From contig JACZXB010000005.1 in assembly GCA_022571845.1 (NCBI GenBank), positions 83,888-147,887 of the forward strand: a DNA stretch of 64,000 nt, in the 5' to 3' direction. Within the stretch, counting starts at the first letter, position 1. Each line of letters begins with the position of its first letter. This document shows positions 27,424 through 36,029 of the stretch, piece after piece. The notes beneath the pieces were generated by a model. It did no database searches. It was not told where the DNA came from and saw nothing but the letters and a program-made list of their open reading frames with translations. This stretch comes from Candidatus Zixiibacteriota bacterium. Lineage in GTDB: Bacteria; Zixibacteria; MSB-5A5; GN15; FEB-12. The translations under genes and the position numbers were made by a program.

Positions 27424-28292
27424 TGGAATACCTGATACACATTCTCGTCATAGCCGGCATCTATGTAATACTCGCCCAGAGTTTGAATCTTATTCTGGGC
27501 TACACCGGCCTGCCTGCCTTAGGCCACGGCGCCTTCTCCTGTGTGGGAGCCTATGTTTCTGCACTGCTTGCATTACAGTATGGATTGACTCCCTGGCTGG
27601 GACTAATTTTCGGAGCAGCAGCAGCAACTGTGTTGGGTTTCATGGTGGCAGTGCCGTGTCTGCGTTTAAAAGGTGATTACCTGGCGCTGGCGACACTAGG
27701 ATTTGCTGTCATTGTTTATTCAATAGCCAAGAACTGGGTCGATGTTACCAGAGGACCGTTGGGTTTGCCGGGGATACCGGGATTTTCTATTTTTGGATTC
27801 GAACTTTCATCAGTATGGCTCTATTTGGCTTTGGTAGCTCTCTTTGTTTGGTTGACGACGTTTCTTATCAGACGTGTAGTTGATTCACCTTTTGGCAGAA
27901 TTCTGCAAGGAATTCGAGAGGATGAAATTGTTACGGCTGCACTTGGCAAGGATGTTAATCGTCATAAAGTAATAGTTTTTATGATTGGCGCCTTCTTTGC
28001 AGGTATAGCCGGCAGCTTGTATGCTCATTACATCACTTTCATTGATCCATCAAGCTTTACGATTATGGAATCAATTACAATTCTATTGATGGTGGTTTTT
28101 GGAGGGATGGGTAGTCTTAAGGGGTCTTTCGTGGGTGCGGTTGTCTTGGTAGTACTTCCAGAGCTGCTTCGCTTTCTTGGACTCCCTAGTTCAATTGCGG
28201 CTCCACTCAGGCAGATGATTTACGGGTTATTATTGGTAGTCCTAATGTTGTATCGTCCACAAGGATTGTTAGGAAAGTTTAAACTCCAGTAA
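27423..28292 (+). CDS. livM: LivM-type ABC transporter permease
   Basis: 289 aa, polytopic; LNLILGYTGLPALGHGAF is typical of LivM. Confidence 0.8.
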   Translation: MEYLIHILVIAGIYVILAQSLNLILGYTGLPALGHGAFSCVGAYVSALLALQYGLTPWLGLIFGAAAATVLGFMVAVPCLRLKGDYLALATLGFAVIVYSIAKNWVDVTRGPLGLPGIPGFSIFGFELSSVWLYLALVALFVWLTTFLIRRVVDSPFGRILQGIREDEIVTAALGKDVNRHKVIVFMIGAFFAGIAGSLYAHYITFIDPSSFTIMESITILLMVVFGGMGSLKGSFVGAVVLVVLPELLRFLGLPSSIAAPLRQMIYGLLLVVLMLYRPQGLLGKFKLQ

Positions 28293-28298
28293 GCAATT

Positions 28299-29072
28299 AT
28301 GGCAATACTTGAAATAAAAAATGTTTCCAAGGACTTTGATGGCGTAAAAGCGCTTGATAACCTTTCCTTTGATTTAAGAGAAGACCAAATCACTGCTCTG
28401 GTAGGTCCTAATGGTGCGGGCAAGACAACTCTGTTTAACGTAATTACAGGATTTCAAGAGACTGATAGCGGGACAGTAGTTTACAAATCGGCACCGCTCA
28501 CTCATCTTGCTCCTCACAAGATTTCACGTATGGGAATAGCCAGGACATTCCAGAATATCCGTCTCTTTTCTCATTTGACGGTTCTTGAGAATTTGATGCT
28601 CGCCCGGAAGTATGAAACAGGTGAACGGCTTAGCTCGGCTCTTTTACGGAGTAGGAAGATGCTCAATGAAGAAAAGATAAATCAACAAAGAACGATTGAG
28701 CTTCTTGAGGAAGTTGGTTTGTCGCATAAAAAGGATGCTTTGGGAAACGAGTTGTCTCATGGGCAGAGAAGGTTGATAGAGTTTGCACGAGTCAAAGCTA
28801 TGGATGCTCAATTACTACTGTTGGATGAGCCGACTGCCGGCGTTTTTCCTGAAATGATTGCTGCTATTAAAAAAATGATATTGAATCTAAAAGAAATGGG
28901 AAAGACCGTCCTGTTCATTGAGCATGATATGAAGGTTGTAATGGATATTGCAGATCGAGTGATAGTGCTAAATCATGGGAAAGTTATCGCTGATGGTAGT
29001 CCTATGGAAATTCAGAATAATGAAGAAGTCATAACCGCATATCTCGGGAGGCGTCGAAACAATGTTTCTTGA
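28299..29072 (+). CDS. livG: LivG-type ABC transporter ATP-binding protein
   Basis: Walker A GPNGAGKTT, signature LSHGQRR, Walker B LLLLDEPTAG. Confidence 0.85.
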   Translation: MAILEIKNVSKDFDGVKALDNLSFDLREDQITALVGPNGAGKTTLFNVITGFQETDSGTVVYKSAPLTHLAPHKISRMGIARTFQNIRLFSHLTVLENLMLARKYETGERLSSALLRSRKMLNEEKINQQRTIELLEEVGLSHKKDALGNELSHGQRRLIEFARVKAMDAQLLLLDEPTAGVFPEMIAAIKKMILNLKEMGKTVLFIEHDMKVVMDIADRVIVLNHGKVIADGSPMEIQNNEEVITAYLGRRRNNVS

Positions 29073-29784
29073 GGTAAAAGACCTGACGGTTTATTACGGA
29101 GCCGTGAAAGCGATCGAGAAAGTTTCGTTTCAAGTTTCAAAGGGTGAAATTGTCGCCATGATCGGACCCAACGGAGCGGGTAAGTCCACGGCGCTGAAAG
29201 CCGTCTGTTCTATGCTTGATGCGTATGGAGGATCAATAATTGAAGGTACTTTGAAATACGATGGAATAAATATCATTGGACTGAGGACTGACCAGCTTGT
29301 GAGAAGAGGGGTAGGGATTGTTCCTGAAGGTCGCCGTGTTTTTCCAACCATGACAATAATAGAAAATCTGGAATTGGGTGTTTTTGCCTATAGTGGGAAA
29401 AATGGGGTGAAAGCACAATATGAGATGGTATTTGAGCTATTTCCTTTACTGAAAGAACGAAGACGTCAAAAGGCGGGTACTCTTTCGACTGGTGAACAAC
29501 AAATGCTGGCAATCGCAAGGGCTTTGATTGCCAAGCCAAAGCTTTTACTTGCGGATGAACCTTCACTTGGACTTTCACCTAATTACGTGGATTTAATTTT
29601 TGATAAGCTTTTGGAAATAAACCGAATGGGAACTACTATATTACTGGTAGAGCAAAATGCCAGAATGGCATTGGCGGTATCACAAAGAGCTTATGTTTTT
29701 TCGATTGGGAAAATTGAAACCGAAGGAATTTCAAGTGAACTGATGACAGATTCGAGAATAAAGAAAGTCTTTCTAGGCGGGTAA
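29062..29784 (+). CDS. livF: LivF-type ABC transporter ATP-binding protein
   Basis: Walker A GPNGAGKST, signature LSTGEQQ, Walker B LLLADEPSLGL. Confidence 0.85.
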   Translation: MFLEVKDLTVYYGAVKAIEKVSFQVSKGEIVAMIGPNGAGKSTALKAVCSMLDAYGGSIIEGTLKYDGINIIGLRTDQLVRRGVGIVPEGRRVFPTMTIIENLELGVFAYSGKNGVKAQYEMVFELFPLLKERRRQKAGTLSTGEQQMLAIARALIAKPKLLLADEPSLGLSPNYVDLIFDKLLEINRMGTTILLVEQNARMALAVSQRAYVFSIGKIETEGISSELMTDSRIKKVFLGG

Positions 29785-29855
29785 CTGAACGTTCCAAGTT
29801 ACATCCTTTTCTTAATAGGCAAAGATTGTAAGTAAATAATTGAGGAGGTTGGTTT

Positions 29856-30104
29856 ATCAAACCTAAAGAATTAGAAATACTGGTTGCGTTTTTGGATGGT
29901 TATATCGTTGGCAAACGCAGAGATTTTATTGACCCGGTGGAAGCAAATGATGTTCTAGCAAAAGTCAGCTTGCTGAATGATTCGCGCCACAGACCTGGAT
30001 TGCCGTTGAGGAATCTTCTGAGAGATCGGCTTCTACCTCATGCTTATCAGACAAAGGTGAAGGGGAGTCGCTGGAGAATTCCTTCGTCGAGGCCAATCAA
30101 GTAG
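29856..30104 (+). CDS. Small hypothetical protein at island end, start uncertain
   Basis: The frame is open from 29844. GGAGG (29844-29848) is followed by in-frame ATC at 29856. The listed TTG start is 29892. The C-terminus KGSRWRIP is reminiscent of excisionase-like HTH tails. Confidence 0.3.
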   Translation: MKPKELEILVAFLDGYIVGKRRDFIDPVEANDVLAKVSLLNDSRHRPGLPLRNLLRDRLLPHAYQTKVKGSRWRIPSSRPIK

Positions 30105-30147
30105 AGTACAATGTTACTCACACAAAATATCTGACTCCTTGCCCGGA

Positions 30148-30168
30148 TTTTGTGACCATTTTGTGACC
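30148..30168 (+). repeat. Tandem TTTTGTGACC repeat in 11-bp register, candidate integrase arm-type site
   Basis: TTTTGTGACC occurs at 30148-30157 and 30159-30168. It is followed by the partial inverted copy GGTCAAAA and an A-rich tract with GACAAAA repeats. Confidence 0.45.
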
Positions 30169-30299
30169 AACAATGGTCAAAACAGACAAAAAGAGACAAA
30201 ACCAAACAAAAGAATACGAAAAGACTAATTCATTGGTGGGGTTTGACTTGCGGTGTAATCACCTATCAATCAAGGGGTTGCAGGAAGTGGTCGACAGTA

Positions 30300-30323
30300 T
30301 CCCCCCTTCGGCATTAGATTATT
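30300..30323. repeat. attR-type direct repeat (copy of tRNA-Leu 3' end)
   Basis: TCCCCCCTTCGGCATTAGATTATT is identical to 5436-5459. Confidence 0.85.
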
Positions 30324-30510
30324 TCATAATCCAAAGTCATTTAGTAATATAATTTCTGGACATTTATTGATCTACAAGGCTTGTTTTGAGAGAAGTCGAA
30401 TAGAGGATAGATTTGAAAGCCGGTACTCTGCCCAGTACATCCGGCTGATGCAGTGAGCAAACCTATGCCCTATTAGAGAGAGATTATTTTGATAAAGCGA
30501 GGATGGCAGG

Positions 30511-30900
30511 TTAAGTTAACTTCTTGGACAGCGTAAGTCGCGGCTGTTGTCCAGAGTCGTGAAAAAGAGTATCATTGAGAAGATACTGAATAGTTTCTAT
30601 CTCTTTAAACTTCATATCAGTAATCTGAAAGCCGATATCGTAATTCTCTTTCGAACTTGTACTTTCACGGCACCATATACATTCAGCGTCAAAGGACAGA
30701 AAGCGTTTTCCTGCCACAGACTTAGGGAGATCAATTCTAAATTCATAGATGCCGCCGGCTTCCATACTCAGAACAGCTTGTATCATCATTCCTTTGGTGC
30801 TTAAATCAATCAATTTTCCGATGAATTCGCTGGTTTCTCTGTGATATACTCCAAAGAAATGGTCAGTCTGTTTTCTCGGGTCTTTTCTTCTTTCTTCCAT
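30511..30900 (-). CDS. PilZ-domain (c-di-GMP-binding) protein
   Basis: RRKDPRK (RxxxR) and DLSTKGMMIQ (DxSxxG) motifs at the correct spacing. Confidence 0.7.
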   Translation of the reverse strand: MEERRKDPRKQTDHFFGVYHRETSEFIGKLIDLSTKGMMIQAVLSMEAGGIYEFRIDLPKSVAGKRFLSFDAECIWCRESTSSKENYDIGFQITDMKFKEIETIQYLLNDTLFHDSGQQPRLTLSKKLT

Positions 30901-31195
30901 ATCCGTATCACTCTATATCTTGCAGTACTTTCAGCACTTCCAGCAAGATCGTTTCTCTAATCAAATGAAAAGTGCGCTGCAAATTCAGGTCACTTCTATA
31001 TTATTGAGTTATCGGTTATTTATGTTGATAGCTTGAGCAGCCTGAAACTAAGGCCATGATAGAAAAGGGCGGATATTAATATGCCAAAAAGCGAAAAAAA
31101 CCGGCCAGTATTAAATATTATAGGTAACAATTTTAGGAGGTGAAAATGGGGCCTGGGAGGCCAACCCGGTTTTCAAATATCTTTTATACTTAAAG

Positions 31196-31615
31196 TTAAC
31201 TGGCAGGATTAACAGTAATACTGCCGGTCATGGACGAGTGTATTCCGCAGTGGTAAGGGAATGTGCCACTTGTTGTTAGGAAAACTTCGTAGGTTTGAAA
31301 AATATCCAGGTTCTGGGAACTAGAGAATGTTCCATTGTTCCATACGACGCGATGAAAATCGTTAGCAGTATTTGTCCATACTACTTTGTCGCCAATCTGA
31401 ATCGAGAGGGTTTGCGGGCTGAAGGCAAAATTAGATATATCTACTTTATATATAGTGAAGTTGTTTGATGTAATCATGCCGTTACCTCCGTTGTTGCCGG
31501 AAGAGCAACTCAAAAGACTGACGACAGAAATAACAACAATGGCGGAAAGTGCTAAATTGAGAGTTTTTCGCATAATGCCGTTTATTGAGAAAAATAAGGT
31601 ACTGAGTATTTCCAT
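31196..31615 (-). CDS. Cupredoxin / plastocyanin-family blue copper protein, secreted
   Basis: Signal peptide with LLSCSS lipobox-like site. Copper ligands FH...YHCGIHSSM (His, Cys-x2-His-x2-Met). Confidence 0.7.
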   Translation of the reverse strand: MEILSTLFFSINGIMRKTLNLALSAIVVISVVSLLSCSSGNNGGNGMITSNNFTIYKVDISNFAFSPQTLSIQIGDKVVWTNTANDFHRVVWNNGTFSSSQNLDIFQTYEVFLTTSGTFPYHCGIHSSMTGSITVNPAS

Positions 31616-31795
31616 ATCCTTAGATATCGGAAAATACTAGCAAATAAATTACTGACTCTTAACACGAAATCTCCCATTTAAGGGTTCCAGAAGCACAATT
31701 TGTCCCTTTTGATGGTCATATTTCAGAGGTTTAATTCCTGACGCCTCGCATCCAGACAGTTAATTGAAATTGCCCTCGCCCCAAGACCACCGGAG

Positions 31796-32920
31796 TCAGC
31801 TTCTATACGATTGATAGCCACCAATTACTCCACGTTTGGAGAAGACGATCTGCCACAGTTGATTTCTGCGGGCCCGAAATGAACCGGCGGTGGAGAGAAG
31901 AAAGTATTTCCACATTCGAAAGAATCGGTCATCATAGTTTCGCTTTATAGAGTCCCAGCTCCGCTCAAAGTTTTCGTACCAGGCCATCAGCGTTTTGTCG
32001 TAGTCGGCTCCGAAATTGTGCCAGTCTTCCATCACGAACAGATTCTCGATTGCCTTCCCGAGCTGTTTTGTGGAGGGGAGCATGCTGCCGGGGAAAATGT
32101 ATTTTCCCGTCCAGGGATCGGTGACGGTCACAGAACGAATTTCGCCGATAGTCTGCAGGAGAAAGAGGCCATCGTCGTCGAGACATCTATGGGCGACTTT
32201 CATGAAGGTACGATAGTTCTTGTAACCGATATGTTCAATCATGCCGATGGCGACAACGCGGTCGAACCGTTCGTTGAGCTTCCGGAAATCAGAAAGTCGA
32301 AACTCGACCGGTAATCCCTGGCACAGTTCTTGGCCCAGCGCCACCTGCTCTTTCGAAACTGTAACGCCAACAACCGACACGCCATGATTCTCGGTGGCAT
32401 ATTTGCCAAAGCCTCCCCAGCCGCAGCCAATATCAAGCACTCGCATGCCCGGTTTGAGTTCAAGTTTGCGACAGATGAGTTCCAGCTTATTGATTTGAGC
32501 TTGTTCGAGAGAAGCGGCGTCGCGCCAATAGCCGCAAGTGTAGAGCATGAGAGGGTCGAGCATTTTCTGAAAGAGGTCGTTTCCCAGACTGTAGTGGGCT
32601 CCGACATCTTTTTGTGCCCGTCTCTTATTCTGGCGATTGAATACGGCCGCCAACGCTATCGGCCAGAGAATCGACCAGTTCCTTCTGACAACATCCTGCA
32701 GTCCGGACCGGAGAAGTTTGCAAATCAAGGTATCGATCTCCTCGCAATCCCACCAGCCGTCCATATATGATTCTCCGAGACCAAGTTCGGCCTCGCCTAC
32801 GGCGCGTTTGTAGAACCTGTTATCGTGAACCTGGATATCCCACCGATTATTGCCGTTGATTCGGATATCGGTATGCTCGAGTAACTTCCTTACGGCCGTC
32901 TCAAGACTGCTCGCTCTCAT
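31796..32920 (-). CDS. cfa: Cyclopropane-fatty-acyl-phospholipid synthase
   Basis: SAM motif VLDIGCGWGG, FDRVVAIGMIEHIG, and the family-typical N-terminus and C-terminus. Confidence 0.85.
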   Translation of the reverse strand: MRASSLETAVRKLLEHTDIRINGNNRWDIQVHDNRFYKRAVGEAELGLGESYMDGWWDCEEIDTLICKLLRSGLQDVVRRNWSILWPIALAAVFNRQNKRRAQKDVGAHYSLGNDLFQKMLDPLMLYTCGYWRDAASLEQAQINKLELICRKLELKPGMRVLDIGCGWGGFGKYATENHGVSVVGVTVSKEQVALGQELCQGLPVEFRLSDFRKLNERFDRVVAIGMIEHIGYKNYRTFMKVAHRCLDDDGLFLLQTIGEIRSVTVTDPWTGKYIFPGSMLPSTKQLGKAIENLFVMEDWHNFGADYDKTLMAWYENFERSWDSIKRNYDDRFFRMWKYFLLSTAGSFRARRNQLWQIVFSKRGVIGGYQSYRS

Positions 32921-33252
32921 CTCACTCCCACGTTTTCAGTTATACGTCAAACAATTCGGATAGGGTGTTATGAAAACTAAGACGCAGTTTGTCTCATGTC
33001 AATGGCCATATACAAACAAATCTAAATCAGGGCGAAAAGATACTTCTGGAAATCCAGGTCAGATAAGTAAGAGAATCCGCTCCGGCTTGGCAGGCCGAAG
33101 CGGATAACAACAGTTCACATTATTTAGAACTGTTCTAAAGCCCGATCGCCGACACCAAAGGTCCTTGGAGTAACAAATGTCTTGACACGAATGGATACAG
33201 AGCTAATATAAAAATGTGATATAATAAGCGATGAGAGGTCAGGAGGTTTTCG

Positions 33253-33687
33253 ATGATGGTACGATTGGAGCATGCAAACATTTGCGTCAAAAACATTGAC
33301 TTGATGATTGGTTTTTTAGAAACGGCCTTTCCCGAATTCCGAGTTCGTGGAAAAGGTTTAAGTCAAGATGGAACAATTAAGTGGCTACATATTGGTACTG
33401 ATGACACTTATATTGCCTTACAACAGGCCGAAAAAAATGCTGTCTCAGATTGGACTCCGAATTCCGGTAAGCCAGGAGTGAATCACCTTGCTTACGAAGT
33501 GGATGAAATTGACTCTCTGCGAAATCGTCTAATCTCAAAAGGATTCAAAGAGTTAACAGTTGTCGACTCACATCCACACAGAAAACGTGTTTATTTCAAC
33601 GACCCCGAGGGCAATGACTGGGAATTTATTCAGTACTTCTCAGAGATTCCCGCAGAGAGAAACGACTATGATATACCTGATTCATAA
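33253..33687 (+). CDS. VOC (glyoxalase/bleomycin-resistance/dioxygenase) family protein
   Basis: The pattern HANICVKN...HLAYEVD...FNDPEGNDWEF is typical of VOC metal-binding folds. Confidence 0.6.
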   Translation: MMVRLEHANICVKNIDLMIGFLETAFPEFRVRGKGLSQDGTIKWLHIGTDDTYIALQQAEKNAVSDWTPNSGKPGVNHLAYEVDEIDSLRNRLISKGFKELTVVDSHPHRKRVYFNDPEGNDWEFIQYFSEIPAERNDYDIPDS

Positions 33688-33814
33688 AATTTAAGGGAAA
33701 TTCTGAGACAAATTTCTCGCCAAACTTATTCAACCCACATCTGACTAGGCGAGAATGGCTATAGGACTAACTCAAAAAGTGGTAGAACTAATGGGGGCTG
33801 GTCAGTTCGTGTGG

Positions 33815-34165
33815 CTACGTTTCGTTTACAATATTGTAACCAGATGCAATCCAAGCCTCAATGCCACCGTCCAGAACCATGACCTTTTGGAATCCTTTTT
33901 CAATGTACTGTGCCGCCAGACCGACGGCACTGGCATCGCCATGTCAGCCTCAGTAAAAGACGATCTCAGCGTCCATCTGAAGTTGAGGGATTTTCGACTC
34001 CAATTCATTTAGGGAAATGGCACCCTCCAGATGAGAGGCGTCAAACTTTTCTTGGGAATATGCACAGACCAACAGAGTCGAATTACCTTTGCCCAGCTTT
34101 TCATACACTAGCTGAACGTTTATGCGAGCGGGTTGAGACATTTCTTCCTCCTCTATCTTGTTCAT
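33815..34165 (-). CDS. Single-domain rhodanese with two in-frame TGA codons at the active-site loop (candidate selenoprotein, alternatively a pseudogene)
   Basis: The minus strand reads ...LLVCAYSQEKFDASHLEGAISLNEL...DAEIVFY-TGA-G-TGA-HGDASAVGLAAQYIEKGFQKVMVLDGGIEAWIASGYNIVNET-TAG. The TGA codons are at 33950-33952 and 33944-33946. The same frame stays open and rhodanese-like for 43 further codons. Confidence 0.55.
33910..33930 (-). promoter_or_regulatory. SECIS-like hairpin downstream of the in-frame TGA codons
   Basis: The RNA GUGCCGUC-GGUCU-GGCGGCAC forms an 8-bp stem (one G.U pair) with a GGUCU apical loop. The stem starts 13 nt after the second UGA and 19 nt after the first. From memory, the loop resembles the GGUC apical loop of the E. 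coli fdhF SECIS. Confidence 0.45.
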
Positions 34166-34474
34166 TGGCGATTCACAGTCTTGCCACCATATGCTTTACA
34201 ACTTGTCTGGTTATCGAGGGCAGTAAATGTCGTTTGTATGTCATCAAAACAAGTGTATTAAACATCGCCAGAATCTAAGACTCAGTTTATCTCATTACAA
34301 GGGAATTAGAAAGTGCGACAACCCCTCTATGATAACCTCTTGTGATTTAATTAGTTAGATAATGGCGGAGCGCGACTGACAGCTCTATCCATGCTTAGGA
34401 AAACACCATAGTAAATTTAACTAATGCTAATCTATAGGGTCTAAGCAATTAGGCCATATTTATAATTCTGACAG

Positions 34475-35863
34475 TTATGATTTAATTGACTTTAGGCCTA
34501 CCTCAATCTCTTTCATGGTAATTCTTCGTTCATGCTTATCAGGCTGCAGCATTCGAATAATCATTGGACGAAATTCATTAGGTAATTCTTGCGCAACTTT
34601 TTGTGGTTCAATTTTTTGGATCTGATTTAGAATGTTTAATACATTTTTGCCGGAAATGACATTCTTCCCAATTAACATTTCCGTAATGAGCAATCCGAAT
34701 GAAAATACGTCACTTTCAAAAGTGGGAAATTCCCCTCTTGTCTGTTCTGGCGACATGTAGCCGGGAGTCCCCATAAGTGTCCCCGTTTTTATCCCATTTT
34801 GTGTTAATGTTGCACTATCCTCCTCGTTCAACTGCCTACGTTGAGAAAGTCCAAAATCTACGATTTTGACTTTATCGTTATCAGTTAAGATTATGTTGGA
34901 AGGTTTCAAATCACCGTGTACAATTTTCTTATTGTGAGCCGCATGAAGGCCGCTTGCAACTTTAGATCCGATCTTTGCTGCTTTGAATGGAGATAAGGGA
35001 CCTTCTCTTAGCTGCTCTTTCAGTGTTTTGCCGGGCAAATATTCCATTACAATTATTGGGAATCCCTCACTGTCTTCAATGTGAAAAACTGTACATATAT
35101 TGGGGTGGCTAAGAGCTGCCGATAACTTTGCTTCATTTGTGATAGATGTCTGTTGTTTGTTAGAGAGACGTAGAATCTTGAGCGCTACATTTCGTTCAAG
35201 TAAACGATCGTATGCTTTATAAACGGTAGCAAACCCTCCTCTACCCACTACCTCTTCAATGCTATAATTAGCAATAACCATACCAGGCTTTAGTTCCACT
35301 GCGCAGTTGATCGCTGAATCACCCGGCGACCAGTTTTCAGCACAAAGCCCGCCTGTTTGCAATGCATTTAAAATGCGAAGTATTTCCTCAATACGTCGTC
35401 CTACGTTCAAATTATGAATTGATTGATACTGTATTACGGAATTAGGGTCGATAATAAATACGCCACGGAGAGCAAGTTTCTGAGTATCTCCGAAAACGTG
35501 GTATAATTTGGAAACTCTAAAGTCCACATCACTGCCTAACGGGAATTTGAGTGCACTTATCCCGCCGTGTTCGATCGGTGTCTTTACCCAGCGATCATGA
35601 CTCTCCATTGTATCTGTACTAATCGCAAGTATATCTGCATTTGCTTTTGAAAACTCCTCGTATTTGTTATTGAAGGCAGTAAGTTCAGTTGGACAAATCA
35701 GTGAAAAATCTTGCGGGTAGAACACAAGCACCAACCAGCGACCACGATAGTCGCTTAGCTTGAATTTACATCTCGTTTCGCCAGCATTGCAGGTACAGAA
35801 TATTTCAAAGTCTGGAGCAATTCGACCTACTAAAGTTGATGATAGTTGTGATGTCTCGGCCAT
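34475..35863 (-). CDS. Typical 2-Cys peroxiredoxin (AhpC/TSA) fused to a Hanks-type Ser/Thr protein kinase
   Basis: N-terminal FYPQDFSLICPTEL (peroxidatic Cys) and GGLCAENWSPGD (resolving Cys). The kinase domain has VALKIL, HGDLKPSNIIL, DFGLS and GTPGYMSPE. Confidence 0.8.
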   Translation of the reverse strand: MAETSQLSSTLVGRIAPDFEIFCTCNAGETRCKFKLSDYRGRWLVLVFYPQDFSLICPTELTAFNNKYEEFSKANADILAISTDTMESHDRWVKTPIEHGGISALKFPLGSDVDFRVSKLYHVFGDTQKLALRGVFIIDPNSVIQYQSIHNLNVGRRIEEILRILNALQTGGLCAENWSPGDSAINCAVELKPGMVIANYSIEEVVGRGGFATVYKAYDRLLERNVALKILRLSNKQQTSITNEAKLSAALSHPNICTVFHIEDSEGFPIIVMEYLPGKTLKEQLREGPLSPFKAAKIGSKVASGLHAAHNKKIVHGDLKPSNIILTDNDKVKIVDFGLSQRRQLNEEDSATLTQNGIKTGTLMGTPGYMSPEQTRGEFPTFESDVFSFGLLITEMLIGKNVISGKNVLNILNQIQKIEPQKVAQELPNEFRPMIIRMLQPDKHERRITMKEIEVGLKSIKS

Positions 35864-36029
35864 TCTTTATCTCAATAAAGGTCAATATATTAACTAGAAA
35901 CTACGTAAAAAATAGTATTCTCAATTATAGATTATTACATTCTTTAAATCAAGAAAATTATATAAAATCTCAATTAGAAAGCTTAGCTATTCACTCCGGC
36001 AGCTGCTGTTTCTAAAAGGCAGCAGTTCT

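Larger units (their letters stand above)
5436..30323 (+). mobile_element. Integrative genomic island (~24.9 kb) in tRNA-Leu(CAG) carrying defence and transport/metabolic cargo
   Basis: Perfect 24-bp direct repeats at both ends, with int and xis at the tRNA-proximal end and shared TTGTGAC arm repeats inside both ends. No capsid, replication or conjugation genes. Confidence 0.8.

Noticed and set aside
27395-27676. Nested or overlapping short ORFs inside confident genes (e.g. 27395-27676, 442-666, 10163-10354, 55018-55251)
   Set aside because: Each lies out of frame or antisense within a longer ORF that has clear family motifs. None has independent support.
30241-30299. Possible longer degenerate tRNA-Leu remnant extending the attR repeat
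   Set aside because: Beyond the 24 identical bases only scattered matches (ggt..tcga..gt) are visible. This is not enough to call a tRNA fragment.
5436-30323. Prophage interpretation of the island
   Set aside because: No terminase, portal, capsid, tail, lysis or replication genes are present. The cargo is defence, metabolic and transport genes, so it is better described as an integrative genomic island.
31146-31193. 15-codon ORF preceded by a strong AGGAGGTG Shine-Dalgarno, between two minus-strand genes
   Set aside because: It is too short to support without conservation or expression data. The GGCC-TGGGA-GGCC hairpin within it may instead belong to the 3' end of the cupredoxin transcript.
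33755-34278. Plus-strand ORFs 33755-34012 and 33910-34278
   Set aside because: They lie antisense to the rhodanese gene, whose minus-strand translation shows clear family motifs. The plus-strand products have no coding character.
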